Part shown: piece after piece, positions 10,950 through 22,613 of the stretch
Numbering within the stretch: the stretch's first letter is position 1
How the letters are laid out: every line of letters starts with the position of its first letter
Source of the DNA: an uncultured Holophagales bacterium
GTDB lineage: Bacteria; Acidobacteriota; Thermoanaerobaculia; Multivoradales; UBA5704
NCBI GenBank assembly: GCA_963842525.1
Contig: CAWJGT010000001.1
Span: 352,001 to 416,000 of the forward strand
Reading direction: 5' to 3'
Length of the DNA stretch: 64,000 nt
Made by a program: the position numbers and the translations under genes
The notes under the pieces: generated by a model
Databases searched by the model: none
Told to the model about the DNA's origin: nothing
The model's input: the letters and a program-made list of their open reading frames with translations, nothing else

Positions 10950-11579
10950 ATGCCCCCTATACAACCGTTCACGCCGCCTGCCGCCGCACGGGTCCCCGCG
11001 AGCCATGTCCAGGCCGCCCTGGCGCGCCATGCGCAGGTCACCCAGGCGAAGCCTGCGGCTACGGCACCGGCTACCGCTCCAGTCCGGGTGTCCCCGGTCG
11101 CGCCGCCCCGCGTCACGGCGCCCGGCGCTCCGCAGCAGCCCGGCAGGCCAGGGACTCCCGCGCAGGCCAAGCCGGGACCCCAGCCGCCGCAGCACGGGAG
11201 TGGTTTCCGCATCGTGACGGCGAACCCGCCCGGTGGAGCCCACCATATCCGGATCGCCGCCGGCGGCCGGGAGGTCGGCTCGGTCGAGCTGCTCGACGGC
11301 GGCCGCGATGCCGTCCGGGTGGTGAACCTGAAGGTCGACCCCGAGCAGAGGGGACAGGGGGCGGGTTCCCACCTCATGCGCGCCGCCGCCTTCGAAGGGA
11401 TGCGGATGGGCAAGAGCCGGGTCACCCTCGAGAGCCAGGACAATGGCAGCGGCAAGCTCACGCGCTGGTACGAGCGCATGGGCTTCACGCCGCGCGGGCG
11501 GAGCGATCGCGGGATGGTCATGCTCGAGACCTCCGCCGCGTCTCTCCAAACCCGGCTCGCCCGGCAGGGCGACCGATAG
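10950..11579 (+). CDS. GNAT acetyltransferase with Pro/Ala/Gln-rich N-terminal extension
   Basis: V.PEQRGQGAGSHLM acetyl-CoA motif A and WYERMGF motif B. Confidence 0.8.
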   Translation: MPPIQPFTPPAAARVPASHVQAALARHAQVTQAKPAATAPATAPVRVSPVAPPRVTAPGAPQQPGRPGTPAQAKPGPQPPQHGSGFRIVTANPPGGAHHIRIAAGGREVGSVELLDGGRDAVRVVNLKVDPEQRGQGAGSHLMRAAAFEGMRMGKSRVTLESQDNGSGKLTRWYERMGFTPRGRSDRGMVMLETSAASLQTRLARQGDR

Positions 11580-11601
11580 ACCCAACACTGTTCGCTGAGC
11601 C

Positions 11602-12069
11602 TCAGTCGTCGAAATCGTCGAAGGCCCGCTCGTGGACCCTTTCGGAGTAGGGCATCACCACGAAACCCTCGATGGTAGCGGCGAGGCGGAGCCTGTCGTC
11701 CAGGCAGACGAACGAGGTACCGCCGCCCAACTGATGGCGCCAGACTAAGGCAGCACCAAGTTGTAAGGCGTCCGCTGCACGCAGGCGGTGCGCCGAGACG
11801 AGCCGAAGTGCATGCTCGCGGACCCCTTCGAGCGGCATGATCTCGGCTGCGCTCATCGACAGAGATGCAAGTTGGATCAGTGCTCTCTGCACATCGGACC
11901 GCCGGACACGGCCTTCACGCTCTAGCCGAGCCAACGCCCCCGAACACTCCACCCGGGTCGGCCACCAGACGATGATGCCGCGATCCCTGCGGAACAGATC
12001 GTGAATTCTGTGGCTGGTGGCCTCCTGCACGAACAAGGGCACAAGGGCGGAGCTGTCCCAGAACCTCAA
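11602..12069 (-). CDS. PIN-domain toxin, VapC type
   Basis: FWDSSALVPL, VE, LRAADALQLGAAL, FVCLD.RL..AA..EGF. Confidence 0.9.
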   Translation of the reverse strand: MRFWDSSALVPLFVQEATSHRIHDLFRRDRGIIVWWPTRVECSGALARLEREGRVRRSDVQRALIQLASLSMSAAEIMPLEGVREHALRLVSAHRLRAADALQLGAALVWRHQLGGGTSFVCLDDRLRLAATIEGFVVMPYSERVHERAFDDFDD

Positions 12070-12353
12070 CGCCCGTGCCGCCGATCATCGAGCAATGCGG
12101 CAAGCACCAGACCTTCAGGATCCTCAAGCTTCGGCATCCGCAAGAACTCTTCGACGTCCAACGGCTTGATGGGAGGACGCATCAGCCCCTTCCGGATCAA
12201 CTCCTGCATGGCCTCTTCCTCCGGCAGCACTTGAACGAGCTTCGCGATCGGCTCGCCGCGCTCGGTGATGACGATCTCGTCGCCCGCCTTGACCTGCGCC
12301 AGGGTTTCGGAGAGAGAGGATCTCAGCTCTTTGATGCCCATCTTTCTCAACAT
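12066..12353 (-). CDS. Phd/YefM family antitoxin
   Basis: GIKELRSSLSE.L..VKAGDEIVITERG.PIAKL; overlaps the PIN gene. Confidence 0.9.
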   Translation of the reverse strand: MLRKMGIKELRSSLSETLAQVKAGDEIVITERGEPIAKLVQVLPEEEAMQELIRKGLMRPPIKPLDVEEFLRMPKLEDPEGLVLAALLDDRRHGR

Positions 12354-12359
12354 GCCCCG

Positions 12360-12388
12360 ATCCTATTCGGGCGATAACGACCTGTCAA
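12360..12388 (-). promoter_or_regulatory. Sigma70-type promoter, probably giving a leaderless antitoxin mRNA
   Basis: Minus strand TTGACA-N17-TAGGAT-N6-ATG. Confidence 0.75.
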
Positions 12389-12408
12389 TCCGGAACAGTG
12401 CGGCGTCC

Positions 12409-12648
12409 CTACGCCGTGCCCTGCCCGGACGAGGGGGGCTGCGGCTTGCCGGCGATGGCGAGGAAGAGCTCGTGGACGATCTCCTTGAGCTCGACGGTGT
12501 AGGTGGCCAGGTCGCGCATCGACTGCTCGAGCATCTCCGGCGTGGGCCGCACCATGGAGCCCCCCGACCGGGGACGGACCTTGTGGGTCAGCCGCTCGTC
12601 GAGGAGCTGGAGCTTCTGATAGGCGTCCTTCAGTCTCTGGGGGTCCAT
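12409..12648 (-). CDS. Small helical hypothetical protein
   Basis: 79 aa, host-like codon usage, directly follows the cytochrome gene, with GGAAAGG upstream. Confidence 0.65.
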   Translation of the reverse strand: MDPQRLKDAYQKLQLLDERLTHKVRPRSGGSMVRPTPEMLEQSMRDLATYTVELKEIVHELFLAIAGKPQPPSSGQGTA

Positions 12649-12649
12649 G

Positions 12650-12970
12650 TCAACCGCCTTTCCGCGAAGGGAGCTGGAGGGTGAAGTCGATGAGCCTCTC
12701 GACCTCTTCGGGGGTGAGCCGGCGCCGGAATGCGGGCATCGGGCCGTCCCCCTCGACGATCTGCTGCCGCACGGCCGCGCGGTCCCCTTGCCGGACCATC
12801 GGCGAATCCAGGAGGCTCAGATAGGGGTAGAGCTTGTTGGGACGGCGCCCCTGGCCGCGGTCGCCGTGACAGCGCGCGCAATACTTCCGGTAGAGGCCCG
12901 GGCCGCTGCGGTCCTGCGGGCCGCAGCCCGCGAGCAGCGGCAGGGCCAGACAGAGCCAGACCCATCTCAA
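12650..12970 (-). CDS. Monoheme cytochrome c lipoprotein
   Basis: Lipobox LAGC, CARCH, distal MPAF; TTG start overlaps the upstream stop (TTGA). Confidence 0.82.
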   Translation of the reverse strand: MRWVWLCLALPLLAGCGPQDRSGPGLYRKYCARCHGDRGQGRRPNKLYPYLSLLDSPMVRQGDRAAVRQQIVEGDGPMPAFRRRLTPEEVERLIDFTLQLPSRKGG

Positions 12971-13317
12971 CGAGAGGTCCCGGGCGGGCGCAGCGTGCGC
13001 ACGTACTTCACCAGGGAATTGACCTCCTGATCGGTGAGCTGGGGATAGCCGGGCATCTTGCCGAAGACGCCCCCGCGGATCGCGCCGCGGATGGCGGTCT
13101 CGCTGCCCCCGGTCCTCCAGAACTCGTCGGTGAGGTCGGCGTACTGGTCGCCCATGTAGGCCGGAGTGTTTCCCGAGCCGTCGATCCCATGGCACTTGGC
13201 GCAGTGCTCGCGGTAGAGCCGCTCCTCCGGAGTCCGCCCCTGCTCGCAGCCCGTCAGCACCGGGAGCATGAAGACCAGGGCGAGCGCCGGCAGCGCGGAA
13301 CGGCGGAAGGTCTTCAT
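12967..13317 (-). CDS. Monoheme cytochrome c lipoprotein
   Basis: Lipobox LTGC, CAKCH, distal MPGY; ATGA overlap with the SDR gene. Confidence 0.85.
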   Translation of the reverse strand: MKTFRRSALPALALVFMLPVLTGCEQGRTPEERLYREHCAKCHGIDGSGNTPAYMGDQYADLTDEFWRTGGSETAIRGAIRGGVFGKMPGYPQLTDQEVNSLVKYVRTLRPPGTSR

Positions 13318-14083
13318 GGCGTGGTCTCCCGGCGGTGCACCGCGGTCGCGGTTGCCTGATCGCGCGGTCGTACCACGATCTCGTCGATGTTGACATGCGA
13401 GGGGCGGGTCGTCGCCCAGAGGACGCAGTCGGCGATGTCTTCGGCGGTCAGCGGCGTCATGCCGCGGTAGACGCTCTTCGCCCGCTCCGCGTCGCCGGCA
13501 AAGCGGACGAGCGAGAACTCGGTCACCACCAGGCCCGGTGCGATCTCGGTGACCCGTACCGGCCGGCCGAGCAGCTCCAGCCGCAGGGTGCGGGTGAAGG
13601 CGCGCACGGCATGCTTGACGCCGGTATAGCCGGCGCCCCCGGCATAGGTCTCGAAGCCGGCGATCGAGCCGATGTCGATGACATGGCCGTCGCCCGAGGC
13701 TTCGAGAGCGGGCAGGAGCGCGCGGGTCATGCGCAGGGTGCCGAGGACGTTGCTCTCCCACATCGTCCGCCAGGTCTCGTCGCTGGCGTCCTCGATCCGG
13801 TCGAGCCCGAGGGCTCCGCCGGCGTTGTTGACCAGCAGGTGGAGGACCTCCGGGAGCTGGGCGACGAAGGAGGCGACGCTCGCCGCGTCGGTCACGTCGA
13901 GAGGCAGGGCGGTCGCGGTCCGCGTCCGCCAGCCGCTTCGATGGAGGCGGCGATCTCGCGCAGCCGGTCCAGCCGGCGCGCTCCGAGGAACACCTGAAAG
14001 CCCGCGCCGGCCAGGGCCCGCGCCGTCGCCGCACCGATCCCGGAGCTGGCTCCGGTCACCACCGCGATCTTGCCGTCCGCCAT
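13314..14083 (-). CDS. SDR family oxidoreductase (YdfG-like), frameshift near 13920
   Basis: TGASSGIG in ORF 13892..14083; LVNNAG, GSIAG and YTGVK in ORF 13314..13895. Confidence 0.88.
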
Positions 14084-14136
14084 GAGAGTCTGCGATCCTC
14101 CGGCCTTATTTATATATGCGAAGGGGGTGCGGGCAA

Positions 14137-14211
14137 AAGGACCACAAGGACACCAAGGACCACAAGGACGGGTTTTTGAGTCCTTGAAGTCCTTGGTGTC
14201 CTTGTCGTCCT
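14137..14211. repeat. Hairpin of four 9-mer nnnAAGGAC units facing four GTCCTTnnn units (REP-like)
   Basis: aaggac cacaaggac accaaggac cacaaggac ... gtccttgaa gtccttggt gtccttgtc gtcct, intergenic after nth. Confidence 0.8.
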
Positions 14212-14232
14212 GGGTGGGTGGTGGCCTGCCTC

Positions 14233-14910
14233 CTCACACCTCGCCGAAGGGCAGAGGTCGGCCACCACGCAGGCGGCGCATGCGGGACGGCGCGCCTGGC
14301 AGATCTTCCGGCCGTGGTCGATCAGGAGGTGGGACCAGACCGTCCAGTCCTCCTGCGGCACCAGCTTGAGCAGGTCCTGCTCGATCTTCTCCGGATCGGT
14401 CTCCCAGGTCAGGCCGAGGCGGCGGGCGAGGCGCTGGACGTGGGTGTCGACCACGATTCCGACGTTCTTGCCGAAGGCGTTGCCCAGCACCACGTTGGCG
14501 GTCTTGCGGCCGACTCCGGGCAGGGGCGTCAGCTCCTCCATGGTCTGCGGCACCTCGCCACCCTGGTCCGCCACCAGGGCCTGGCCCATGGCCTTGAGCG
14601 TCTTCGCCTTGTTGCGGTAGAAGCCGGTGGTGCGCACCATCTCCTCGAGCTCGGGCAGGTCGGCCTCGGCGTAGTCACGGGCCGTGGGATAGCGCCGGAA
14701 GAGCGCCGGGGTCACCTCGTTGACCCGCTTGTCCGTGCACTGGGCCGAGAGGATCGTGGCCACCAGGAGCTGGAGCGGCGTCGCGAAGTCGAGGGCGCAA
14801 CGGGTGTCCGGATATTCGCGCCGCAGCCGCGCGAGGATCTCGAGCGCCCGCGCCCGCTTCGCCCGCTGCGACTCCCGCTTCGCCTGCGCCGGAGTGATGC
14901 CCGCCATCAA
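14233..14910 (-). CDS. nth: Endonuclease III
   Basis: [26 protein letters not shown] HhH motif, VDTHV, C-x6-C-x2-C-x5-C FeS motif; true stop probably near 14233, with the read-through to 14110 caused by an indel. Confidence 0.92.
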
Positions 14911-15260
14911 TCCGACTCTCCCGGCGCCAGGGCCCGCACCAGCCAGTTCACCACCGCGATCACCAGGCCGCCCAGGATCGCCGGCATGCAGCCGTCGACC
15001 CGGAGGCCGTCGAGCAGCCAGTCGGCGAGCAGGAGCACGAGCCCGTTGATCACCAGGTAGAAGAGGCCGAGGGTGAGGACGATCAGCGGGAAGGAGAAGA
15101 AGGAGACGATCGGCTTGACCAGCAGGTTGATCAGGCCGATCACCAGGCCGGCGAGGAGCAGGTAGAACAGGCCGCCGGTGTAGTGGATCCCCGGAATCAG
15201 CCGCTCGGCGATCAGCAGGGCGACGCCGTTCAGCACGATCTGGAGCAGTGTGCGGATCAT
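14907..15260 (-). CDS. YvlD/DUF360 four-TM membrane protein (phage holin family 4-like)
   Basis: [10 protein letters not shown]...FPL.VLTLGLF.LVING motif. Confidence 0.85.
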   Translation of the reverse strand: MIRTLLQIVLNGVALLIAERLIPGIHYTGGLFYLLLAGLVIGLINLLVKPIVSFFSFPLIVLTLGLFYLVINGLVLLLADWLLDGLRVDGCMPAILGGLVIAVVNWLVRALAPGESD

Positions 15261-15273
15261 GAAACGGATCTTA

Positions 15274-15506
15274 CCTCACCCCCTGTCCCCCTCTCCCCTC
15301 TCCCCCCCGCCGACCGGGAGAGGGGGGACGTAGCTGGAGCGGAGATGGCGAGTCCACGAATGTCATTCTGAGCGCAGCGAAGAATCTGGGCGGGCGGAGC
15401 TTCCCAACCCCCAGATCCTTCGCTGCGCTCAGGATGACACAGCAAAGGTCCCCCTCTCCCGGCGGGGGTTGGGAGGGAGATGGGAGAGGGGGTTAGGGGG
15501 TGAGGA
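15274..15506. repeat. Composite palindromic element: CCCTCTCCC/GGGAGAGGG arms enclosing a second palindrome
   Basis: cctcaccccc..ccctctccc..gggagagggg arms at about 15274-15329 and 15447-15506; the right arm supplies the NUDIX stop. Confidence 0.8.
15361..15439. repeat. REP-like palindrome TGTCATTCTGAGCGCAGCGAAGAATCT..AGATCCTTCGCTGCGCTCAGGATGACA
   Basis: About 30-bp near-perfect inverted repeat nested between the arms of the previous element. Confidence 0.85.
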
Positions 15507-15993
15507 CCTCCTGCGCCTTCCCCTCCAAAATCTCACGGGCCTGTTTGACCGCCTGGCGCTCGTTCTCGAAGGTCAGCCGGGTGATGCCGGCGGTCCAGGA
15601 GAACCAGCCGGTGCCCGAGACCTCGTCGGCGTCGAAATTCACGGGATCGCCGCTGATGTACTCCAGGAGGAAATAGTCCACCTTTTTGTGGATGCGGCGG
15701 GCTCCCCGCTCGATGTACCAGTACTCGACGCCGGGCAGCGGCGCCACGATGCGGCCGGTGACGCCCGTCTCCTCGCGGACCTCGCGGATGGCAGCCTCTT
15801 CCGGGGTCTCGCCCTCCTCGATGTGCCCCTTGGGGAGCTGCCAGCGACGCCCCTCCTGGGTGGCGATGAGGAGGATGCGCGAGCCGCGGACGATCAGGCC
15901 GCCGGCCGAGCGGTGATGCTCGGTCCGCAGCTGCCGGATCCGGCCGGAGGACGGGTTGCGCGGGGGGCTCTTGCGGCGGCGGGCGGGCTTCAG
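15493..15993 (-). CDS. NUDIX hydrolase
   Basis: Nudix box GHIEEGETPEEAAIREVREETG; no ATG/GTG/TTG at the expected 5' end, so CTG at 15993 overlapping the yqgE stop is proposed. Confidence 0.85.
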   Translation of the reverse strand: MKPARRRKSPPRNPSSGRIRQLRTEHHRSAGGLIVRGSRILLIATQEGRRWQLPKGHIEEGETPEEAAIREVREETGVTGRIVAPLPGVEYWYIERGARRIHKKVDYFLLEYISGDPVNFDADEVSGTGWFSWTAGITRLTFENERQAVKQAREILEGKAQEVLTP

Positions 15994-16589
15994 TTGGTCG
16001 TCTCCCCGCCCCGGGCCGGCGCCGTCCAGGATGGGAGCGCGGCAGGGTCGACCCCGACCGAACGCAGGGCGGCATTCCACACCTCGTCCGGGTCGGGAGC
16101 GAAGATGAGGTCGGTCTGGACCGGGGCGGTCAGCCAGTCGTTGCGGAGGATCTCCTCCATGAGCTGGCCGGCGCCCCAGCCGGCATACCCGAGGAAGAGC
16201 CGGAAGGCCGGCGGCGGCGTTTCGGCGAGCGTCACGAGGTCGCCGATGTGCTGGGTCAGGGACACGCCGGGGAGGACCTCGGTCGCGGCCTCGGTCTCCA
16301 CCTCGGTGGGCGCGAAGAGGACGGTGCCGAGCTGCGGCCTCACCGGCCCGCCGAAATGGGCGACCGCCTCGGTCTCGCCGTGCCAAGTCACCTGCATCCC
16401 CTTGAGGATCTCGGGGAGGCGGATGCCGGTCGCGCGGTTGATGATGAACCCGAAGCTCCCCTCTTCCTCGTGATGGATCAGCAGGACGACGCTGCGGTGG
16501 AAAAACGGGTCGAGCACCTGCGGCATGGCCACCAGCAGCACCGGGGTCGTCAGGTCGGAGGACACGCCGTCCGTTATCCCATCCATCAT
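15990..16589 (-). CDS. yqgE: YqgE/AlgH family protein
   Basis: LLVAMP...DPFF.RSVVL..H, GGPV, FLGYAGWGAGQL.EE...N.W. Confidence 0.9.
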   Translation of the reverse strand: MMDGITDGVSSDLTTPVLLVAMPQVLDPFFHRSVVLLIHHEEEGSFGFIINRATGIRLPEILKGMQVTWHGETEAVAHFGGPVRPQLGTVLFAPTEVETEAATEVLPGVSLTQHIGDLVTLAETPPPAFRLFLGYAGWGAGQLMEEILRNDWLTAPVQTDLIFAPDPDEVWNAALRSVGVDPAALPSWTAPARGGETTN

Positions 16590-16711
16590 CCCGTCCATCT
16601 TATCGCGAACCCTCTTGGCGGGCATGGTATCGTTGAAGCCCCCGGGCGGGTCCAATCCGGCCGGCGGCGCCTCCGGCGCCATCCCCCTGTGAGATCCGAG
16701 GAGACTGTCCC

Positions 16712-19486
<2,775 letters not shown>

Positions 19487-19502
19487 TTTCGTCACCCATG
19501 CC

Positions 19503-19612
19503 CCGCCCGGCGATGAAGCGCCGGGCTAGGAACGGCGCCCCATGAATGGGGCTTGAAGCCGGTTCACCCGGCGCTGTTCCTAGCCCAGGCATTCATGCCC
19601 GGGCGGCAGGGG
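19503..19612. repeat. REP-like doublet after acnA
   Basis: gcccggcgatgaagcgccgggctaggaac faces gttcctagcccaggcattcatgcccgggc; each arm is itself a hairpin. Confidence 0.7.
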
Positions 19613-19617
19613 CGGTA

Positions 19618-19779
19618 AAGCAGAACATCAATCTGCACATCCAGAACATCTTCGAGGAAGGAGAGCTCGATCCCGGGCCAACCATCCGGAAATTCCGGAT
19701 AGTTCAAACCGAAGGAAAAAGGGAGAGTGCGCGGCTCGTCGACCACTACAACCTCGACGTGATCCTCGCCGTCGGCTAT
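19618..19779 (+). pseudogene. Internal fragment of a RhuM-family protein
   Basis: QNINLHIQNIFEEGEL...IRKFRIVQTEG.R...R.VDHYNLDVILAVGY matches the RhuM N-terminal signature; both ends are missing. Confidence 0.8.
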
Positions 19780-19793
19780 GAGGCACGTGGTAT

Positions 19794-20162
19794 CGATTCA
19801 GGGTTACGCTGCATCGATCCAGAAAATTTGGAACGCGTACAGAAATTTTGGAAGCGGTCCAGAAAATTTGGAACGCGCCCAGAATTTTTTGGAACCGCTT
19901 CCGGGTTTCGCTGCATCGATCCAGAAAGTTTGGAACGCGTACAGAAATTTTGGAAGCGGTCCAGAAAATTTGGAACGCGCCCAGAATTTTTTGGAACCGC
20001 TTCCGGGTTTCGCTGTATCGATCCAGAAAATTTGGAACGCGTACAGAAATTTTGGAAGCGGTTCCAAAAATTTGGAACGGGTCCAGAATTTTTTGGAACC
20101 GATCCAGAAAATTTGGAACCCGTACAGAATTCGTGGAATCGACCCCAGTTCATCCTGGATTC
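19794..20162. repeat. About 3 x 102-bp higher-order tandem repeat built from 20-21 bp subunits
   Basis: cgctgyatcgatccagaaa recurs at 19807, 19909 and 20011; subunits are tccagaaaatttggaacgcg-like (20+20+20+21+21). Confidence 0.92.
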
Positions 20163-20165
20163 CGT

Positions 20166-21190
20166 TCAGGCACCCTTCGAACGATGAAATGTACCGTCTC
20201 TTCGGACCATGGAGATCCCGATCCAGAGAAGAGACTTGGCATCCTCCGCGACTCCGGGGAACCGCGCCTCGGGATCGTGGCGTGCCCGCAGGAGGAAAGC
20301 GGCAACCTGGCGGGCCAGCCCGGAGCTGGCTGCCTCGGTGAGCGCCGCGCTCTGAAACACCGCCAAGGCGGCGATCGCCTCGCGATGGACCTCCTGGGAG
20401 AGGAAGACCGGGACCATCCCGAGGACGAGCTCCTTGACCGGTGACCTGCCCCTCCTCGGCATAGAGGCCCGCCAGATCCAGAGCCGCGAGGGCGGCATCA
20501 TAAGCCATCCCCCTGTCCAGAAACGCGCGCCAGACCTCGTCAAGCATCCGCACCGCCTCCCCCCGCTCACCGGTCCCGGCTGCGACCCGCCCCTCGGCCC
20601 ACCGCAAGCGCACCAGATCCAGCGCATTTCCCAGCTCCTGACAGAGCCCCTGGACGCCGGGGAGAAGCTCCCGGGCTTCTGCGAGCCGGCCAAGCATCGT
20701 CAGATTCCAGACGAGGTTGTGCTGGCAACATAGAAGGAGACGAGGATCGCGGCCCGGGTCTATAAGATGGACGGCCTCCTTCAACAGCTCGACCGCCGCT
20801 GCCGGTTGCTCGGCGTCCGAGAAAGCGAACGCCTTCTTGACCATAGCCCGCCCTGCCAGATGCGAATCTCGCTGCTCCGGTCTCCCTTCCTTATAGATAG
20901 AGATCACGCGGTCCAGCAGGCCCAAAACCTCGGGGAACCGCCGCTGAGCGATCCGCAGAGAGGCTTTCAGATCCCAGAGGACCGGCCCGTAGCCGAGAGC
21001 ATTCTCCTCCCGATCAGCCCAGAATCGATCCGAGGCCGCATCGGCCTCCTCGGCGCTCCGGAGATCGCCAAGCACCCTGCGCGCGTTGCCGAGGTGGGCC
21101 CAGGCCAGCGACCGCACCTCGTCGAGCCAGTCCTCCTCGAAAGGCTCCCCCGCCTTCAACCGATCGCCAAGAACCACCGCCAACTCGCAT
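20166..21190 (-). pseudogene. 5'-truncated TPR-like helical repeat protein, frameshift near 20437
   Basis: AWAHLGNARRVLGDL.SAEEA, DLKASLR..QRRF.E.L.LL, LRWAEGRVA.G.G...EA...L; C-terminus lies in ORF 20166..20693. Confidence 0.7.
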
Positions 21191-21304
21191 GACCGCGCTC
21201 CTGCCGGAGTCCTGGAAGAAGGGAAAGGCCTGGGCAAGCCCAGGGGATAGAAGAGCTGTCAGAACGAGGGCTGCGATCGTACGGCCCGTCTTGGGAGGGA
21301 ACAT
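21190..21304 (-). pseudogene. N-terminus of a small secreted peptide precursor, joined to the TPR remnant
   Basis: GAGGAG SD, then MFPPKTGRTIAALVLTALLSPGLAQA signal peptide, then an abrupt change to TPR coding sequence in another frame. Confidence 0.5.
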
Positions 21305-21454
21305 GGCAAGGCTCCTCTGCAAGCGGCTGCGCCTCACCGCCGCCACGGCCGCGAGCGAGCCGCCCTCAACAACGAGAGTGTCCTGGCTTGGCGACAACGA
21401 TCCTCCAAGCAAGGCTGGGCGGTAACAGTCTTCCGCCGGGGTGCGGTGGGAGGC

Positions 21455-21569
21455 CCCTGGGACCGCGGGCGTCCCGCCCGCCCAGGCTTCCAGCTACCTG
21501 TGCGTTGCCGGAAGCCCTACGCCGGCCCCAACGTCGTGGAGGGCGGGCGAGACGCCCGCGGTCCCAGGG
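21455..21569. repeat. REP-like inverted repeat CCCTGGGACCGCGGGCGTCyCGCCCGCCC
   Basis: About 29-bp arms at 21455 and 21541; a single arm recurs at 51918-51943. Confidence 0.85.
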
Positions 21570-21647
21570 AGAAAAACCTATTGATGGGTGGCTATGGCAT
21601 CAGAACTGACTTATCGAGATTTGAGCCCTCCTTCCAGGACGCCTTCT

Positions 21648-21830
21648 GGGTTTATTGAAGTCCATCACCTCAAGCCGCAAGCGGAGATTCAGATGGAGTA
21701 TGAGATTGACCCAATCTCGGATTTGCGCCCGATTTGCCCGAACTGCCACGCAATGATTCACCGAGGCAGGGAGATGATGTCGATTGACGACCTGAAACGA
21801 TTGATTCACGACCATGCCGAACCAAGGTAG
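21648..21830 (+). pseudogene. C-terminal fragment of an HNH endonuclease (McrA-like)
   Basis: FIEVHHLKP...DL.PICPNCHAMIH; AT-richer than the host; N-terminus absent. Confidence 0.8.
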
Positions 21831-21901
21831 AAATTGGGTACAATAGGAAGGAGGCAACAAGGTGGAGCCATAGCCATATGCGCGGAAGCAAGGTCTGGTT
21901 C

Positions 21902-21967
21902 GGCCAACCAGAAGCTTACAGCGAACAGCCAGCTTCGAGTCTGTCGCTGAAGATGCTGCCGTCACGA
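21902..21967 (+). other. Degenerate attC-like site
   Basis: GGCCAAC (near RYYYAAC), inner stem cagcgaacag/ctgtcgctg with one unpaired base, degenerate R' GTCACGA. Confidence 0.45.
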
Positions 21968-21980
21968 GTCCGCTTTCCGC

Positions 21981-22241
21981 TTGAACGAACCAAACGAATC
22001 CTACCTCTCGCGACCAGTTCGCGTCGCACGCGCGGTGTCAATCGTCGCGTCGTGGGTGATCTGGGTTTCCGTCTTACTTATCGGGTTCATGCATGTGATT
22101 CCGCAGGGAGTAGTCATACTTCTCTTTGCTGCCGGCCTCGCGCCGTACCTTGCTTCGCTGCACATCGTCGAGCCATGGCTAATGCGTCGCGAAGAGAGAA
22201 AACATCAGAACCGCCGTGCTGAAGAGCGCGGTGACGGCTAA
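21981..22241 (+). CDS. Small two-TM hypothetical protein, gene-cassette-like
   Basis: 86 aa with two hydrophobic segments; the TAA stop is embedded in GGCTAAC. Confidence 0.5.
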   Translation: MNEPNESYLSRPVRVARAVSIVASWVIWVSVLLIGFMHVIPQGVVILLFAAGLAPYLASLHIVEPWLMRREERKHQNRRAEERGDG

Positions 22242-22317
22242 CTCGGTTCTGCAGCCGACGCCAACCCGCGCCGCGTGATCGGCCCCTATAAAGGCAGAGC
22301 TACAGATGGGGTGAGAC
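22236..22317 (+). other. Degenerate attC-like site
   Basis: GGCTAAC-tcggttctgcagccgacg left half; ggcagagc...GTGAGAC right half. Confidence 0.4.
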
Positions 22318-22613
22318 TCTAGCTGTCGCCTCCCGGAACGCCGCCGCGAACAAGCCATAGGCCTCGTAGAGTTCTTTGCCGATTTGGCAACAGTCCGTTT
22401 TCTCTCGGTCGCCGCCTCGGCCTCGATCTCGTCTATGAGCTCGGCGGCGGCCTTGACGCAGGGTTGGGAAGAGGTGTAGCTTGCGTCAAGCCCAAGAGGG
22501 TGAGCACCTTGCGTGCTCGACCCCTGGGGCCGGCCGCGGAGTTGACCCGCAGGTTGTATCGTATACGCCTGTGGGTGCCTGCGAAACATCACATATCGAA
22601 AGGTCAAGTGATC

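Noticed and set aside
14110-14232. C-terminal extension of Nth ([11 protein letters not shown]..)
   Set aside because: Read-through into the 9-mer hairpin repeat, probably from a missing base before the natural stop.
14907-15260. Prophage lysis gene
   Set aside because: YvlD/DUF360 proteins are common chromosomal genes; no endolysin or phage genes nearby.
19794-20162. CRISPR array
   Set aside because: Units are contiguous near-identical tandem copies with no unique spacers, and no cas genes are in the window.
19546-20444. Repeat-protein genes (ORFs 19546..20187, 19778..20341, 19848..20444, 19776..20153)
   Set aside because: Frames are open because the 102-bp unit lacks stops; no frame shows host codon bias or a credible start.
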